A stretch of DNA of 64,000 nt from Phoronis australis (Eukaryota > Animalia > Phoronida): positions 960,642 through 1,024,641 of the forward strand of contig NMRA01000008.1 in the NCBI GenBank assembly GCA_002633005.1. Reading direction: 5' to 3'. How positions within the stretch are numbered: position 1 is the stretch's first letter; every line of letters starts with the position of its first letter. This document shows, one piece after another, positions 1 through 11,355 of this stretch. The notes below the pieces were generated by a model that made no database searches, was not told the origin of the DNA, and was given only the letters and a program-made list of their open reading frames with translations. A program made the translations under genes and the position numbers.

Positions 1-257
1 TGTCATGGTAAAGAATATTATGAGACCGGTTTTATAGGAGTAAAAGACCCAATTCGTTCTTCAGTTTTTAGCCAGCAAAATGAAACAAAATGTAGCTTTA
101 AGTCCATCCGACTATCAACTTCTACTGTAACTGAATGGAAATGTTTGTCATACTATTCAAGTCAGTTGTTTTAACCATAACTTGACCCAGAAGTGCCCAC
201 AGCTTTGAAGTAGCTGCTACTACAGATATGTCTCATCCATGTGTTGGCTGGTTTCAG

Positions 258-410
258 GGACATGTTCTGTGCTGGCCGTGTGCCCGAAGAGGACCTGCGC
301 CGTACCATGAAGGCGTGTGGCGGAGCCATACAGACGTCTGTCTCCAACCTCACACAAGATGTCCTCGGTACCTGTGAGCTGTTTGAGGAGAAGCAAGTTG
401 GTGGTGAAAG
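258..410 (+). CDS. CCT7: T-complex protein 1 subunit eta (CCT7), internal exon; upstream exons lie outside the window
   Basis: tttcag acceptor, gtaagt donor; translates [50 protein letters not shown], typical of CCT-eta. Model: 258-410, 1254-1405, 2029-2217, 2572-2722, 3682-3751. Confidence 0.96.
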
Positions 411-804
411 GTAAGTGGTGAACAGACAGACAAACGCACTCGCATACACTCATGGTGTGATGTTTACAATTGTGTATGGTGGTGCCTGTGCCCTTGGTCA
501 CCTAACGGCAAAGGTGCCTGTGCTTTGTGGGGGGAATTTTTTGGTTGAGGGTAAATTCATCCCTTCGTGCCACGCTTCCGTGGCAATGGTTCGAGATGCT
601 AAGACCAACGTTTTGCACTCTTGATTCCAGTCTTGAGAGGAATTTTCTTATCATTGGAGGAGAATTTTTGAGTTTGGTGAGAGTAATTGTCTGCGTTTTC
701 AAAATGTTTTGGTAAGGATATGGGCCGATATTAATTCCAAAATTGAAACGTTTAGGGCCATGAGAGTGGTGTGTCCCCTGGCTGTTAGCGCTGGCAATGG
801 AAGG

Positions 805-873
805 TGATGCAGTGATGTATTATTGTGGACGTAATCCTGATACTACGTGATAGCAATTTATTTCTGAGCATCA
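805..873 (+). ncRNA. Intronic box C/D snoRNA, SNORD82/U82-like (guide for 18S Am1678-equivalent), copy 1
   Basis: Terminal stem TGATGC/GCATCA, box C GTGATGT, D' CTGA preceded by GGACGTAATC (10-nt complement of 18S GAUUACGUCC), C' GTGATAG, box D CTGA. The +5 rule puts the methylated base on the A of GAUUAc. Confidence 0.85.
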
Positions 874-1253
874 TCACGAGACCAGCTCTTGATACAAAAT
901 TTTTCAACGTTATTTTGTTGACCTCGTGTGTCTATTTTAAAACGGTGGTGAAAGATCCGCCTTGAATTATTCTTTTGTATTGTTCAATTATGTTACAGTT
1001 GGACAGGATCATTGTGAGAGTGATAAAACAAAACATAGGTATGCTAGTAACATTAAAAATAAGTCTATTCTGGAATATTAAGTGGTTTAAGACAAGCAGG
1101 CAAGCCCAATGTAGTGAAGTTGTTTGTGTGGTTGCAATTGAATTATTCAAACATAGAAAAAGGATGGATTGAACTGTTATAATGAATACTTTGATTGGTT
1201 GCTAGGTGCCAATAGTTGTGATTCATTCACATGTTCTTGCATCTTGTTACCAG

Positions 1254-1405
1254 ATACAACTTCTTTCGTGGCTGTCCCCAGGCGAAGACGTGCACAATTA
1301 TCATGAGAGGCGGCGCTGAACAGTTTATCGAGGAGACGGAACGTTCGCTACACGATGCCATTATGATTGTTAGGCGCGCTATCAAGAACGACTCAGTTGT
1401 GGCTG
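1254..1405 (+). CDS. CCT7: CCT7 exon
   Basis: [50 protein letters not shown]; ag/gt boundaries, frame consistent with neighbours. Confidence 0.96.
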
Positions 1406-2028
1406 GTAAGTTAGTCTGTCCTTGATCTGGCCAGCTCAAAATAGTCCACTCTGTTCTTTTGTCTTCGAAGGCAGATTTTTCATGGAGGTCTCGCTGGTGT
1501 CGAGGGCATTATAGTAAAAACCCTTGATACACTTACTTTGCTTAACGGTCACTGCCTTTCATGGATGTAGACTTTTACTGCAATGCTTATAGTCTGGCAG
1601 CAAACACAGGATTCATACGCTGTCTGTACTGAGTGTACTCTGTGTCCTGCGAGCATGTGTTTGAATGCCAACTTATGGATCTGTTAGTGATTACCCAAAT
1701 GGTCCGTTAGTATCATGAGGTCAGACACGCGAGTCCTTGTACACCAGTCCTCACAAATGTACCCACATGTTCTTGAGTCATTTCTTCGATTTCAGCTTGG
1801 GCTGAATGCTGTATGTGGAATTTGGTGTCAGAACCCATATTGCAAGAGAAAATGGATCATTTTTCAGGAGTGCTATGCTTTTGAAAGTATACTATTTCAG
1901 TTTGTACCATAGGTTACCTAGAGATGACACAAATATTTAGTAAATTACTGTGCTCTGTCACATGCAGTAATATGATAAATATTATGTTTTGAGGCCTGAT
2001 TTTACTGACACAATCTTTTGCTCTTCAG

Positions 2029-2217
2029 GCGGTGGTGCCATCGAGATGGAGTTGAGCAAATACCTTCGTCACCATGCTAGAACTATTGCTGGCAAAGAAC
2101 AGCTGCTGATTGAAGCAATGGCCCGTGCCCTGGAGATAATCCCCCGGCAGTTGTGCGACAACGCTGGGTTCGACGCCACCAACATCCTAAATAAACTCCG
2201 GCAAAAACATGCTCAAG
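2029..2217 (+). CDS. CCT7: CCT7 exon, followed by a GC-AG intron
   Basis: [62 protein letters not shown]; the frame requires donor AG|GCAAGT at 2218. Confidence 0.95.
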
Positions 2218-2420
2218 GCAAGTAGTTTGCTAGTATTGTTCCCGTTTCATAAACCTTTTTCTTGAATGGGATATGGGGATATTAGCGCGGTCTGTCTGTT
2301 AGCTGGTGAGCCTGATTTAATCTTGTCCTCTGCAAAAAATTGCTCTGGTATTATCTTACTAGATCTTGATGCTGTAAATGACCTATTTGTTTAACCAAGT
2401 CTGACCTATTTCTGTTTGAG

Positions 2421-2485
2421 ATGCTGTGATGTTATACAAGTGGACGTAATCCTGACCACCATGATTACAATCTTAGTCTGAGCAT
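2421..2485 (+). ncRNA. Intronic box C/D snoRNA, SNORD82/U82-like, copy 2
   Basis: Stem ATGC/GCAT, box C GTGATGT, the same GTGGACGTAATC-CTGA guide and D' box, C' ATGATT, box D CTGA; non-guide parts have diverged from copy 1. Confidence 0.85.
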
Positions 2486-2571
2486 TCCATTAAATATCCA
2501 CGTGATTGCATCTGTATCGTTTCCCTGTCCCTCATTGGTAACATTCTTTTCTCACTCGATGTCCGTTACAG

Positions 2572-2722
2572 GTGGAATGTGGTATGGCGTCAACGTTGTC
2601 ACCGAGGACATCTCCGACAACTTTGAGGCATGCGTGTGGGAACCCTCTGTTGTCAAAATCAACGCGCTAACTGCTGCCTCAGAAGCTACCTGTTTGATAT
2701 TGTCTGTAGATGAAACAATAAA
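2572..2722 (+). CDS. CCT7: CCT7 exon
   Basis: [50 protein letters not shown]; donor gtgagt. Confidence 0.96.
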
Positions 2723-2861
2723 GTGAGTGCCGCCCTCCTCCTGTCTGTAAATAATCTTAGTTGCTTTGAATTTTGGTAATTTGTGCATTAGATGCTCTGA
2801 TATGGCTGAATTGGTGAACAAGGGCTAAATTAGTCGCAATTCATCTCCATCAGTCTATTGA

Positions 2862-2996
2862 AAACCTCCTGGGCAAGAACTGTAGCCTTGAGGCCATGAT
2901 CAGTTACATAATCAAAGGAGGTGATAGTATTATCCCAAGTTAATCCCAGCCTGTCTCTGTATTAGAGCTGAGCTGTTTCATGCCTTGGGTACATCA
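2862..2996 (+). ncRNA. Intronic box H/ACA snoRNA; 3' pocket predicts 28S pseudouridine equivalent to yeast Psi2314 (SNORA48/snR86-like function)
   Basis: Hairpin ACCTCCT..AGGAGGT, H box ATAGTA (2924-2929), hairpin CCCAAG..CTTGGG, ACA at 2991-2993. Pocket arms TTAATC and TTCATGC pair with 28S GCAUGAA-UG-GAUUAA, 14 nt from the ACA box. Confidence 0.85.
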
Positions 2997-3681
2997 ACAA
3001 TCTTAAGCTGCCATTGTTGTCTCTACTGAACCAATGTGTACTTAAAACTACGAGGTGTTTCAAAAAGGTGGACCCAGCCTGCATCCGTAGACCACAGGAC
3101 ATTAGCTTGTAGTTAGTCTAAAAGTCCCGTATATAGAACAGAACAGCCAATTCAATACCACAATTCAACAGTCCAACCAACCTGTAACTTCAGTGGTGGC
3201 CATTTTGCTAGGATTGGCTAGTACGCTTGCGAGACGGGACATTCGTGTGATTTTGCAAGGTCTTGGGAGATCTTTCAGCAATAAACTATATCTGTGGAAT
3301 GCTCCACTGGTATTGAACCTGTGCTTCCTGTGAAAATTGAAGTTTGTTATTTCTTCTGACCTAGCAGATAAACTTTCAGGTCATGTTGTGATTGTCTGGA
3401 TAGTACATCCTTTTACAGATACTCTATCGCCTTCATTTTCGTTAAAAACTTTCCAAAACAAATTTTTATACAACCCAGATGATGCTCATTCATCATGGCT
3501 TCATTTTTTTCAAAACAAGTTGAATTAAGAATTTCTGGTTGTGCACAAACGAATGCTTCTGAACTTCAAATTTTCTGAAATTATTAGTACATACAGGGTT
3601 GTAATTTATAACTTGTTGAAGATCTTGTCTGCCATTTTTATTCTGTTATTGGTACATTCTGTATGTGACTACTGTTTACAG

Positions 3682-3751
3682 GCACCCCAAGGCTCAACAA
3701 GAGGGTGGAGGCCCAGCAGGGAGAGGCAGGGGAAGAGGACGACCACGATAG
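3682..3751 (+). CDS. CCT7: CCT7 last coding exon
   Basis: tttacag acceptor; KHPKAQQEGGGPAGRGRGRGRPR*, matching the GRGRGRP tail of CCT7; TAG at 3749-3751. Confidence 0.93.
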
Positions 3752-5708
3752 ACTATTTAGGCTGAGTTGTTAACAGGACAAGGACTGATCCAGGAGCAGT
3801 GTGTTGCGTAGACTGTTCCCTCCGTGGTTTTGCTCAGGCAGGTGCATGGTTGTGTATCTCCATACATTTGACAGTAGTGTGTTGGAAATGGCGAACTCCT
3901 GATTTGGCGAGTTTCTCTAAGAAGTTGTGATACCTGAAAACCAATGGATGTTGATGGATGCCGTGTTCTGTTTCCTGCGTGTGCGAATGACCCTGGTGTT
4001 GTTCGTAAAGAAACACTTGGGTTCGGAGGCATTATTAAGAAATCCAAATACTCACAATTCTTAGTATGGGAAGACTGCACATTCAAAGAATTTCAATACA
4101 AGTGAAGTACTAAAACAGTGCGTCTTGTTCAAACATTAAAAGCTGTGGTCCTGTGTATAGGGATCTATAGCAATGCGCCTGTGTGAGTGCAAGCATTTGA
4201 CTGGGGTTTCGTAGAAGTGCCAAGATAATGTTTAGATATAATGCCAGTATGCCAAACAAGAAAACAGTTCTGCAAACATAAAATACCGGTCGGAGAACTA
4301 CGGCTGCTCAGATCAGACCTTGCGCGAGCTTTTGCAGCTTTAACGGAATTAATTACTCATTGTCGAGTCATTTTGTATATTTATGATGTGTGCTTTGTGT
4401 TTGTACATTAAAATATTAATTAGGCAATCTCAATATGTAGTTATCTCTTTATAGCCAGTCATTAACTAGGGGCTGTTTGCAATGCGTGTGTTCTGAAGCT
4501 TCTGTTATTCCATGCACCAACATTTTTCATGGCCATGATTTTCAAATCTTGCAATGTTCACCGCCTGCTTTTTGACTTGTCGCGGTAGGGTTTGAAATTT
4601 GCCTCGACGAGTTTGGCTCACCTGTGCGAAGTTTGAAAAACATGCTTCACATTTAAACTTAATAAAAATTAATCATTTCATCAGTGAATTACAATTTCGA
4701 ATGTTTGGTGCATTAGATTGTGACAGTGGCTTCAAGACTAGCGTACAAACCCTCGCAGTAGGGCTACATGTATATACATGTTTATTAATTCTGGTGTTCC
4801 ATAGAGTTTAAATTTGCTGTTCTGCAGAACACTGTCTCACACACACACATCACCTAATAGTGCAGAAGCTACCGTACATCCACCCAACAAGATGCATTAG
4901 TGACCAAACTAATTTTCATAATTGTGACAAGTTGGCTTAAAGAACTAGAAAGTTAATTGGTTGTTACGAGAAGCAGTCATTAATCAATAAGTGCCTCCAC
5001 CAGTTCTGTATGTTCTTTAGCAATAATTTTTTCATCTCGAACACCAAGATTGCTGCGCAGATCAACATGGACTTGTCTCCGACCACATTTGTTTAAAGTA
5101 ATCAATACGTGAATTTACAAAAACATAAAACTTTATTGTGTACAACAACATCTTGAAATACTTAAAACATCTTTGAACTTGCGTCAAGATTTAGCACCAA
5201 AACTAATAAAACATTTTGCACTTAATGTCCTTACATAACAAAACATCAATTAACCTTATGAAACACAACATATTAGTTAACAATAGCAATAGCTTATAAA
5301 AATGAATTAAATTGGACATTGGCAAACCTACAATATGACAGGTGAAAAATGAAGTATTCACCTTGTATCCACAACATGAAGTATTTTAATTAACTTAGCT
5401 AAATTCCCCCAAAATCCTCATTGCATAAGCACCTGGATGCGAACTGGAATTCTGCCTCTTTACCCACTGACAAAAAGAATGGGCAACTGGGTGGAATAAT
5501 GTCCTCTGATAACAAAAACATCTGTTATTTTACAATGAATGAACTTTATACTTCCAGTGCTACCAGGGCTTGAACTGTCATACCATCATGTAACATGGCT
5601 TCTCATTGGTTAACAGAATGAAGTAACATTTGGAAATTCTGATAGGAAAAAACATTTGGACATTACGATTGGCTGCTATTGAGAGATGCAAAAGTATCTT
5701 ACTTCATC

Positions 5709-6101
5709 TTTCTGGGCCCGGTCTCCAATCTTTTTACTCTAAATGGAACTCGAAATTAGGTTTGGCATTTTCTACTCTACTTTTGGGCGAACTCAAGATA
5801 AGTGTTTATTATTCTATGCTCGAGTACACAATAACTTACGTAGATAATTTATTGCCCTTAGTTCACAGTTTGTAAACCCAATATTAAAGCAATAAGTTCA
5901 AGTTTTTACTCGAGTTTGTAACACGAATATAAGGGTCTTCAAGGGCAAACTTGAACTAGAAACTCCTATGCATAAACTACAATGTATTCGAGCACAGTCT
6001 GATAACTAATTATCTTAAGTTCGCACAAAAGGAGCAGAGAAATTGCCAAAAATAGTTTCGAGCTCATTTCAAGTACAAAGATTAGAGACTGGGCCCAGAA
6101 A
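5709..6101. mobile_element. Non-autonomous DNA transposon (MITE), ~28-bp TIRs, possibly PIF/Harbinger type
   Basis: TTTCTGGGCCCGGTCTCCAATCTTTTTACT versus AAGTACAAAGATTAGAGACTGGGCCCAGAAA; related fragments near 9.87-10.05 kb and 54.1-54.4 kb. Confidence 0.7.
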
Positions 6102-6366
6102 TACCTTTGTGCTTTGCACCTACTGCAAAAACTAGTGACTTATCTGTACAATCCACAGAAGTTAGTGTTTTTAATACAGTTAAACATAACTGAAGACTTC
6201 AAAAACAAAAACATTTCATTCTCTTTTTCAACTCATTACTGAACAATTTCTTTACTACAAGTATCCAAAACAAGGAATGCAAAGAGATGCCCACACACTG
6301 ATACCTGCATGTTATTTATTATTCTTTCACAGGGCCACTCTCCTCCAGAGGCATCGCTGTGACGGT

Positions 6367-6482
6367 AAAATTTTAACCTCACCTGCCATAGCTTGTCCAG
6401 TATATATTGAAAAACGAATGAATCACATGAGAGTAAATTTTCACCTCGCCTGCCAAAGCTTGTCCAGTATATGTTGAAAAAC
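6367..6482. repeat. Two-copy ~68-bp tandem duplication just 3' of the GTSF1 stop codon
   Basis: AAATTTTmACCTCrCCTGCCAwAGCTTGTCCAGTATATrTTGAAAAAC occurs twice. Confidence 0.75.
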
Positions 6483-6523
6483 AAATAAATCGCACAAGTC
6501 AATAGCAACTAAATTTCAATCTC

Positions 6524-6728
6524 TTAGGCTACTGGTTTTCCTCGTCCAAATCCGGCCATTTTGAAGTTTCTGTTGGTGACGAGATATTGAGAAGTGAGTT
6601 GCAGAGCATTCTTCGACATGATGCTGGCATTGTGAGGAAGGCGCAGACCACCAGGTGTCCTGGCTTCTTCAACTGTTGTGGAGGCGTCACATTCAGTTTT
6701 CTCCTCGGCTTCTTCATCAGACACTGGG
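6524..6728 (-). CDS. GTSF1: GTSF1-like, last coding exon
   Basis: cttccag acceptor, phase 2 matches previous exon; PVSDEEAEEKTEC...GLRLPHNAS...MAGFGRGKPVA*. Confidence 0.75.
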
Positions 6729-7499
6729 CTGGAAGCAAATTCATGTCACAAACAGAATAACAAAGCACAACTACAGTAGATTGTTTCAGTTTGGGAAAAC
6801 ATTGCTGATCAGTAGAACTTAATACGACAATTTCTCAAGAAGTATACCAGAAAATTTCACTTTTTTTCAGAAAGGTTCTTCCATTACCGATGCCATCGAA
6901 GAGCATGCGGTAAAGTTTTTTAGTATTTACAGCAATATACAGTTCACGTCAAGAGTAATCATAAAATGACCCGCTTTAATAAATATACCATTCGTACCAA
7001 GAAATGACCCGGAATTCCGCTCATGACAGCTAGACAGATCCTGAATTCATTATCAGATTAGCTTCGCTCATGACCGAGAATGAAGGGGAATTAATGGGAA
7101 AATTAGCCAAGAGTCTAAGCCATTATGGAACAAAAAATTGACGTTATAACAATCACTACCTATCATATTTGCTGTTGACACAATTGGCTGTAATGTCATG
7201 ACGGAAAAGCCATTATATTATTTTGAAAATTTAAGCATTGAAAAGTTCCTATTACTGCACTGCAAACGGTGTGCTTCTAGGATTGTTTGTTAATATTATG
7301 AAAATGGCCGCTAGGTGGCACAGAATACATTGAACTGTCCAAAATGAAGGCATCATTACTTAATTCCATAAAATCCATCAAGGAACTCCAAAGGTACAGA
7401 TGCAAAAGTTACCACAAAATGAATTGGCACTAACAGGGTACAGCAGTAATTGGACCCTCCCGAAAGAAGTAATCAGTTGTTATCATAATCATAGAGTGC

Positions 7500-7582
7500 A
7501 TGTGTGTGGGTGGGTGGGTGCATGTGGGTGGGTGCGTGTGTGCGGGTGGGTGTGAGCGTGCTTGTGTGGGTGGGTGGGTGTT
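7500..7582. repeat. GT/GGGT-rich microsatellite
   Basis: tgtgtgtgggtgggtgggtg... directly visible. Confidence 0.85.
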
Positions 7583-7710
7583 TGCAACATTTTAAAAGTA
7601 ATTCCTACAAGCGATCTGGAGAATTGTGCATGACAAACAGTATTTGAAACTCATTTGAATCAGAATTATCAGAACAGCCATCAGCAAATTTGGATTCTTT
7701 TCTGGGGCAA

Positions 7711-7879
7711 CACATAACCATAACATTCACGGCTACACATAACCATAACATTCACGGCTACACATAACCATAACATTCACGGCTACACATAACCATAACA
7801 TTCACGGCTACACATAACCATAACATTCACGGCTACACATAACCATAACATTCACGGCTACACATAACCATAACATTCA
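7711..7879. repeat. 25-bp minisatellite, ~6.8 identical copies
   Basis: Unit CACATAACCATAACATTCACGGCTA at 7711, 7736, 7761, 7786, 7811, 7836 and 7861 (partial); identical units with no spacers. Confidence 0.95.
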
Positions 7880-7901
7880 ACAAGGTTAAGACACAGCTTA
7901 C

Positions 7902-8037
7902 AGTCCAAGGGCTCTTTTCTTCAGCTTTTCTGTGTACTTGCGTTTCTCAGCAGGAGTCATGCCCACCAGTTGACGGAAAGTTTTTGGTTGATCAAAAGCA
8001 CTTCGGTCCACACCAATTCTCGGCCATGTGACAGACT
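7902..8037 (-). CDS. GTSF1: GTSF1-like exon 4
   Basis: ttttcag acceptor, gtaagc donor; ESVTWPRIGVDRSAFDQPKTFRQLVGMTPAEKRKYTEKLKKRALGL; phases 1/2 fit the flanking exons. Confidence 0.8.
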
Positions 8038-8377
8038 CTGAAAATGGCAAAGAATTTTGTTTCTCAGTGATTACAAAACTGTAAATGCTTAATTGTCTGA
8101 AAAAAGAAGGCATTTCTTGCCTAACGTAAACCTTAACTTTAAATTTTAGCTTAGAGTGGTGGAGACCTTTCAATGCTAATTGAAAAATTAAAAGTTATTA
8201 TTTTTGTCATGAATATATGTCAAAGTTTTTTCCAGTACTGCAAGTTAGCATCGTAACTATATATTTGTCTATTTACAATTAAACTATCACCAAAATGATT
8301 TTCGTTTGGTCCATAGTGTAAACACATAAAGTTAAACCTGCTTCTGCAGCTTGAATCATCATTGGTAGTATAGCATA

Positions 8378-8897
8378 CTGGCACCGGTTCTTTAATAAAC
8401 GGCGGGTCTCGAATAAGTCGGCTAAAAGCCAGTTAAAAACACCATTGTTAGATAAGTGCCGGGTCTCAAATAAGTGACGGGAACGGTAATTCAAGAGAAA
8501 TTAAAACAACTTCAATCACAATTCACTGTTTTATAGGATAGTCCAGAAGTCAACTTAATGCTTGGACATTAATGAATAGATGCATTGCAAGTGCTAAAAA
8601 TCATGGACGACGAAATAATTTTATTAAAAACGCATATAACAAGCAGAAGCCAGTGTCACACTGATATGGTTGACAACTGAAGCGAACACGATTAAAAACG
8701 ATGTTTATTAAGGAACACTTATCAAACACACCATGTAGTTGGTAACAACAATCAACAAATGTGAGTGGGCAGTCTGCAAACTTGGCCTTGTTGAATAAGC
8801 GCCGGGTTTTAAATAAGTACCGGTTTGAAATAAGCACCCAGTCAAAAAATGTGTTAGAAAAAATAACCGCCTCGGCGCTAACACGCGGCACTAAGGT
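8378..8897. mobile_element. Degenerate pogo/Tigger-like MITE
   Basis: Repeated AATAAGyrCCGGGT-like motifs at both ends and a right end ...CTAAGGTA, resembling TACCGTA-type MITEs. Confidence 0.45.
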
Positions 8898-9361
8898 ATT
8901 CTGATTTGAAGCTGCCTTTTTCACTCCACTTTTACGTTAGGACTCCATAAAGTTTGCTATGATTATTTCACAAGCACTTTTTGCCTCGGACATCACAAGA
9001 AGTAACTGTATCACTACGCAAAACACAATCTGCAACCATATCAATTTGGGAGACAACAGGCCATTCACAATGCACACAGTGCAAGCCAAAAGCAATCAGA
9101 CAAATGACCTGGAACTACCCGTTCGGAAGTCGAATTTGTCGTCGGAGCAGTCTTCTCTCATGACTGAGAATAAAATGGAATTAACAGGAAAGTGAGTAAG
9201 GTGGCCAAACCATTCTATTAAATTAGAATTGTGCCACCCTTAGTTAAAACTGGTAATTTTTCCTGTTAACATAATTAGCCGTTATGACAAGAAAATGGTA
9301 TTTTGTCTCTGATTGCCTTAGTTTGGTACGGTATGTTGTCAAGCTCCGAGTCATTACTCAC

Positions 9362-9454
9362 CATTCTCCCAGTCTTCCTTACTACATGGCACAACCCACG
9401 GCTTGTAAGCTGGTACAGAGGTGTTTCCACGGAAACGCTGGCCTTCTTCACCAC
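9362..9454 (-). CDS. GTSF1: GTSF1-like exon 3
   Basis: ttttag acceptor, gtgagt donor; GGEEGQRFRGNTSVPAYKPWVVPCSKEDWEN contains the W-x-x-P..EDW motif of the GTSF1 central PIWI-binding region. Confidence 0.85.
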
Positions 9455-9479
9455 CTAAAACATTTGGATGACAGGTGAG

Positions 9480-9513
9480 AGAAGAGCGAGAGCGGGAGAG
9501 GGAGAGGGAGAGG

Positions 9514-9544
<31 letters not shown>

Positions 9545-9576
9545 GGAGAGAGAGAGAGAGAGAGTGAGAGAGAGGG
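9480..9576. repeat. (GA)n microsatellite
   Basis: Long gagagaga run; forms a pyrimidine tract upstream of GTSF1 exon 3 on the minus strand. Confidence 0.9.
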
Positions 9577-11355
9577 AAAACTTGGAGTTCAAAGTCAGGT
9601 CAAACAAGAACATGATGCAACAAAGAACCATTCATCTCCAATAATAATATGACATGATAGCTACCTATCAGCTGCACTAATTTCATTGAGCATTCAAGTT
9701 TTTTAGTGTATCCTGAACTTTTATCGAAGCACTCAGCAGGAACTCCTTTGGACTCGAAATTTAAGTTGAAATTATTTTTGACATTTTCTATAATCTTCCT
9801 TTCTGCAAACTCTAGATAAGTGACTGTCTATTATTTCATGCTCCAGTAAATAATGTCTTGTGTTAGTAACTGACTAATCTTAGTATGCACTCGACAACTC
9901 CAAATTAAGGCTAAAGCAACACCTTTTACTTGAAATCTCAAATATTTATGCGAGTTGGTAGCTCAAATCTTGGGGAAAAAATGCAAACTTGGACTAGACT
10001 GTACTTGAGCGGAGAATAATAGACAAGTATCTTGAGTTCGCACAAAAGTAACCTTTGTAATGACCTTCCCATTACTGACCTCCTCGATACACTTTGTTGG
10101 TGCAACCACGTTAGAAGGTGTCTGTGCTTTTCATTTAAACCTTATGGTGTACACATAATCTTTACACACCAAATTATCGCACTACTAAATTCAAAGCAGT
10201 CAAAGATTCTGACAATTGCAGCACTAGAGCAGCCTGGTGCCAGATAAACCTAACGACAACTGCAGCAAAAGAATTTTGCCTACAGATTGAGGAGCTATCG
10301 TTTACAACCGGCTGGTAACTGCTGTTACGAACGCGCCCAATGGCCACAGAAATACCGGAACTTTGTGCACATTTCGCGACTGTAGGCCTCAGCTCATCAT
10401 TATTTTACTCAATTGTGTCTTATTTATTCATATAACTCTACATGCATATTAACAAATTTTTATACCTAATTTATTTTATTTCAATTATTAATATTTTCAA
10501 TCTAATTGTACAAATCTCTCTATATTTTGCTTTATGTAATTATTTCCAACCGGGCCCACTTAAAAATCAATGTATTCACTGATCTGGTCACCCAGCCTTT
10601 TAAAGAAGTTTAACTAAATAAATAAATAAACCGCCAATGATGTCTTAAGATTATGTAGGACCCTAGAAAATTGTGTCTCAATGATCGCTTATTGCATTCA
10701 TATAAAATTTTGGGATACACTTTTTCCTAAATACTGCAATCATTTTTCAAATGATCCACTTCTGCATGAGGGGCTATGAAAATAAAGGACTTTAAATGAT
10801 TTCCACAAAAAATCTAAAGCTGTATAAAATGAAGATTGAATATTCAAAACATTCTAACAGAGTGTTTTTGAGACCTCGATCATCTTGAACATTTATATCA
10901 AATAGAATTGATCAAGTTATTGATACCGTAGTTTCACTATCGATGTACATTTCTTTTTCGCTAATTTTTAAAAAGACATGGTCACGTGACCCAATTAATG
11001 ACAAATTGGGTGAAAATAAAAAGACCGAAGTTTAGAGGCTCTCTACTTTCAGAAAATGAACGCGTTTACTGAGCTAAAATCTATAGTTTAGTAGAAATTA
11101 GTCTAATTATGCAGACTTATCAATAAGATCTTTATAGGTCTTGTCAGCACGCCATCTGTTTGCCACATGACGTGACCTAATGAATATCAGTCTGAAAAGA
11201 CGCCAACAGATGGCATGCTGACAAGACTTAAAATGTTTGCAACACATTTTCCACGCCATATTAAGATATATAATTTTAAGATGGCTGGAGCCAGTACAGA
11301 GTCCACGGCAGCTCTCTGATTACATGTTAAGAAATAAGGAAATGGATGTGAATAC

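Noticed and set aside
1063-1234. Possible extra H/ACA snoRNA (two hairpins, AAAGGA, ACA at 1229)
   Set aside because: Its 3' end would lie ~20 nt from the acceptor, over the likely branch point; stems are AU/GU-rich and I found no target.
3205-3410. Second H/ACA-like fold in the last CCT7 intron (ends ATAGT-ACA-TCC)
   Set aside because: No well-placed ANANNA box, irregular 3' hairpin and no target found; worth including in a cmscan but not supportable by eye.
7711-7879. CRISPR-like array (also 23247-23645 and 25035-25590)
   Set aside because: Units are contiguous with no unique spacers, the context is eukaryotic and there are no cas genes; these are minisatellites or transposon subterminal repeats.
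9119-9163. Possible 45-nt phase 1-1 cassette exon of GTSF1 on the minus strand
   Set aside because: Weak donor, no homology support, and exons 3 and 4 already join in frame.
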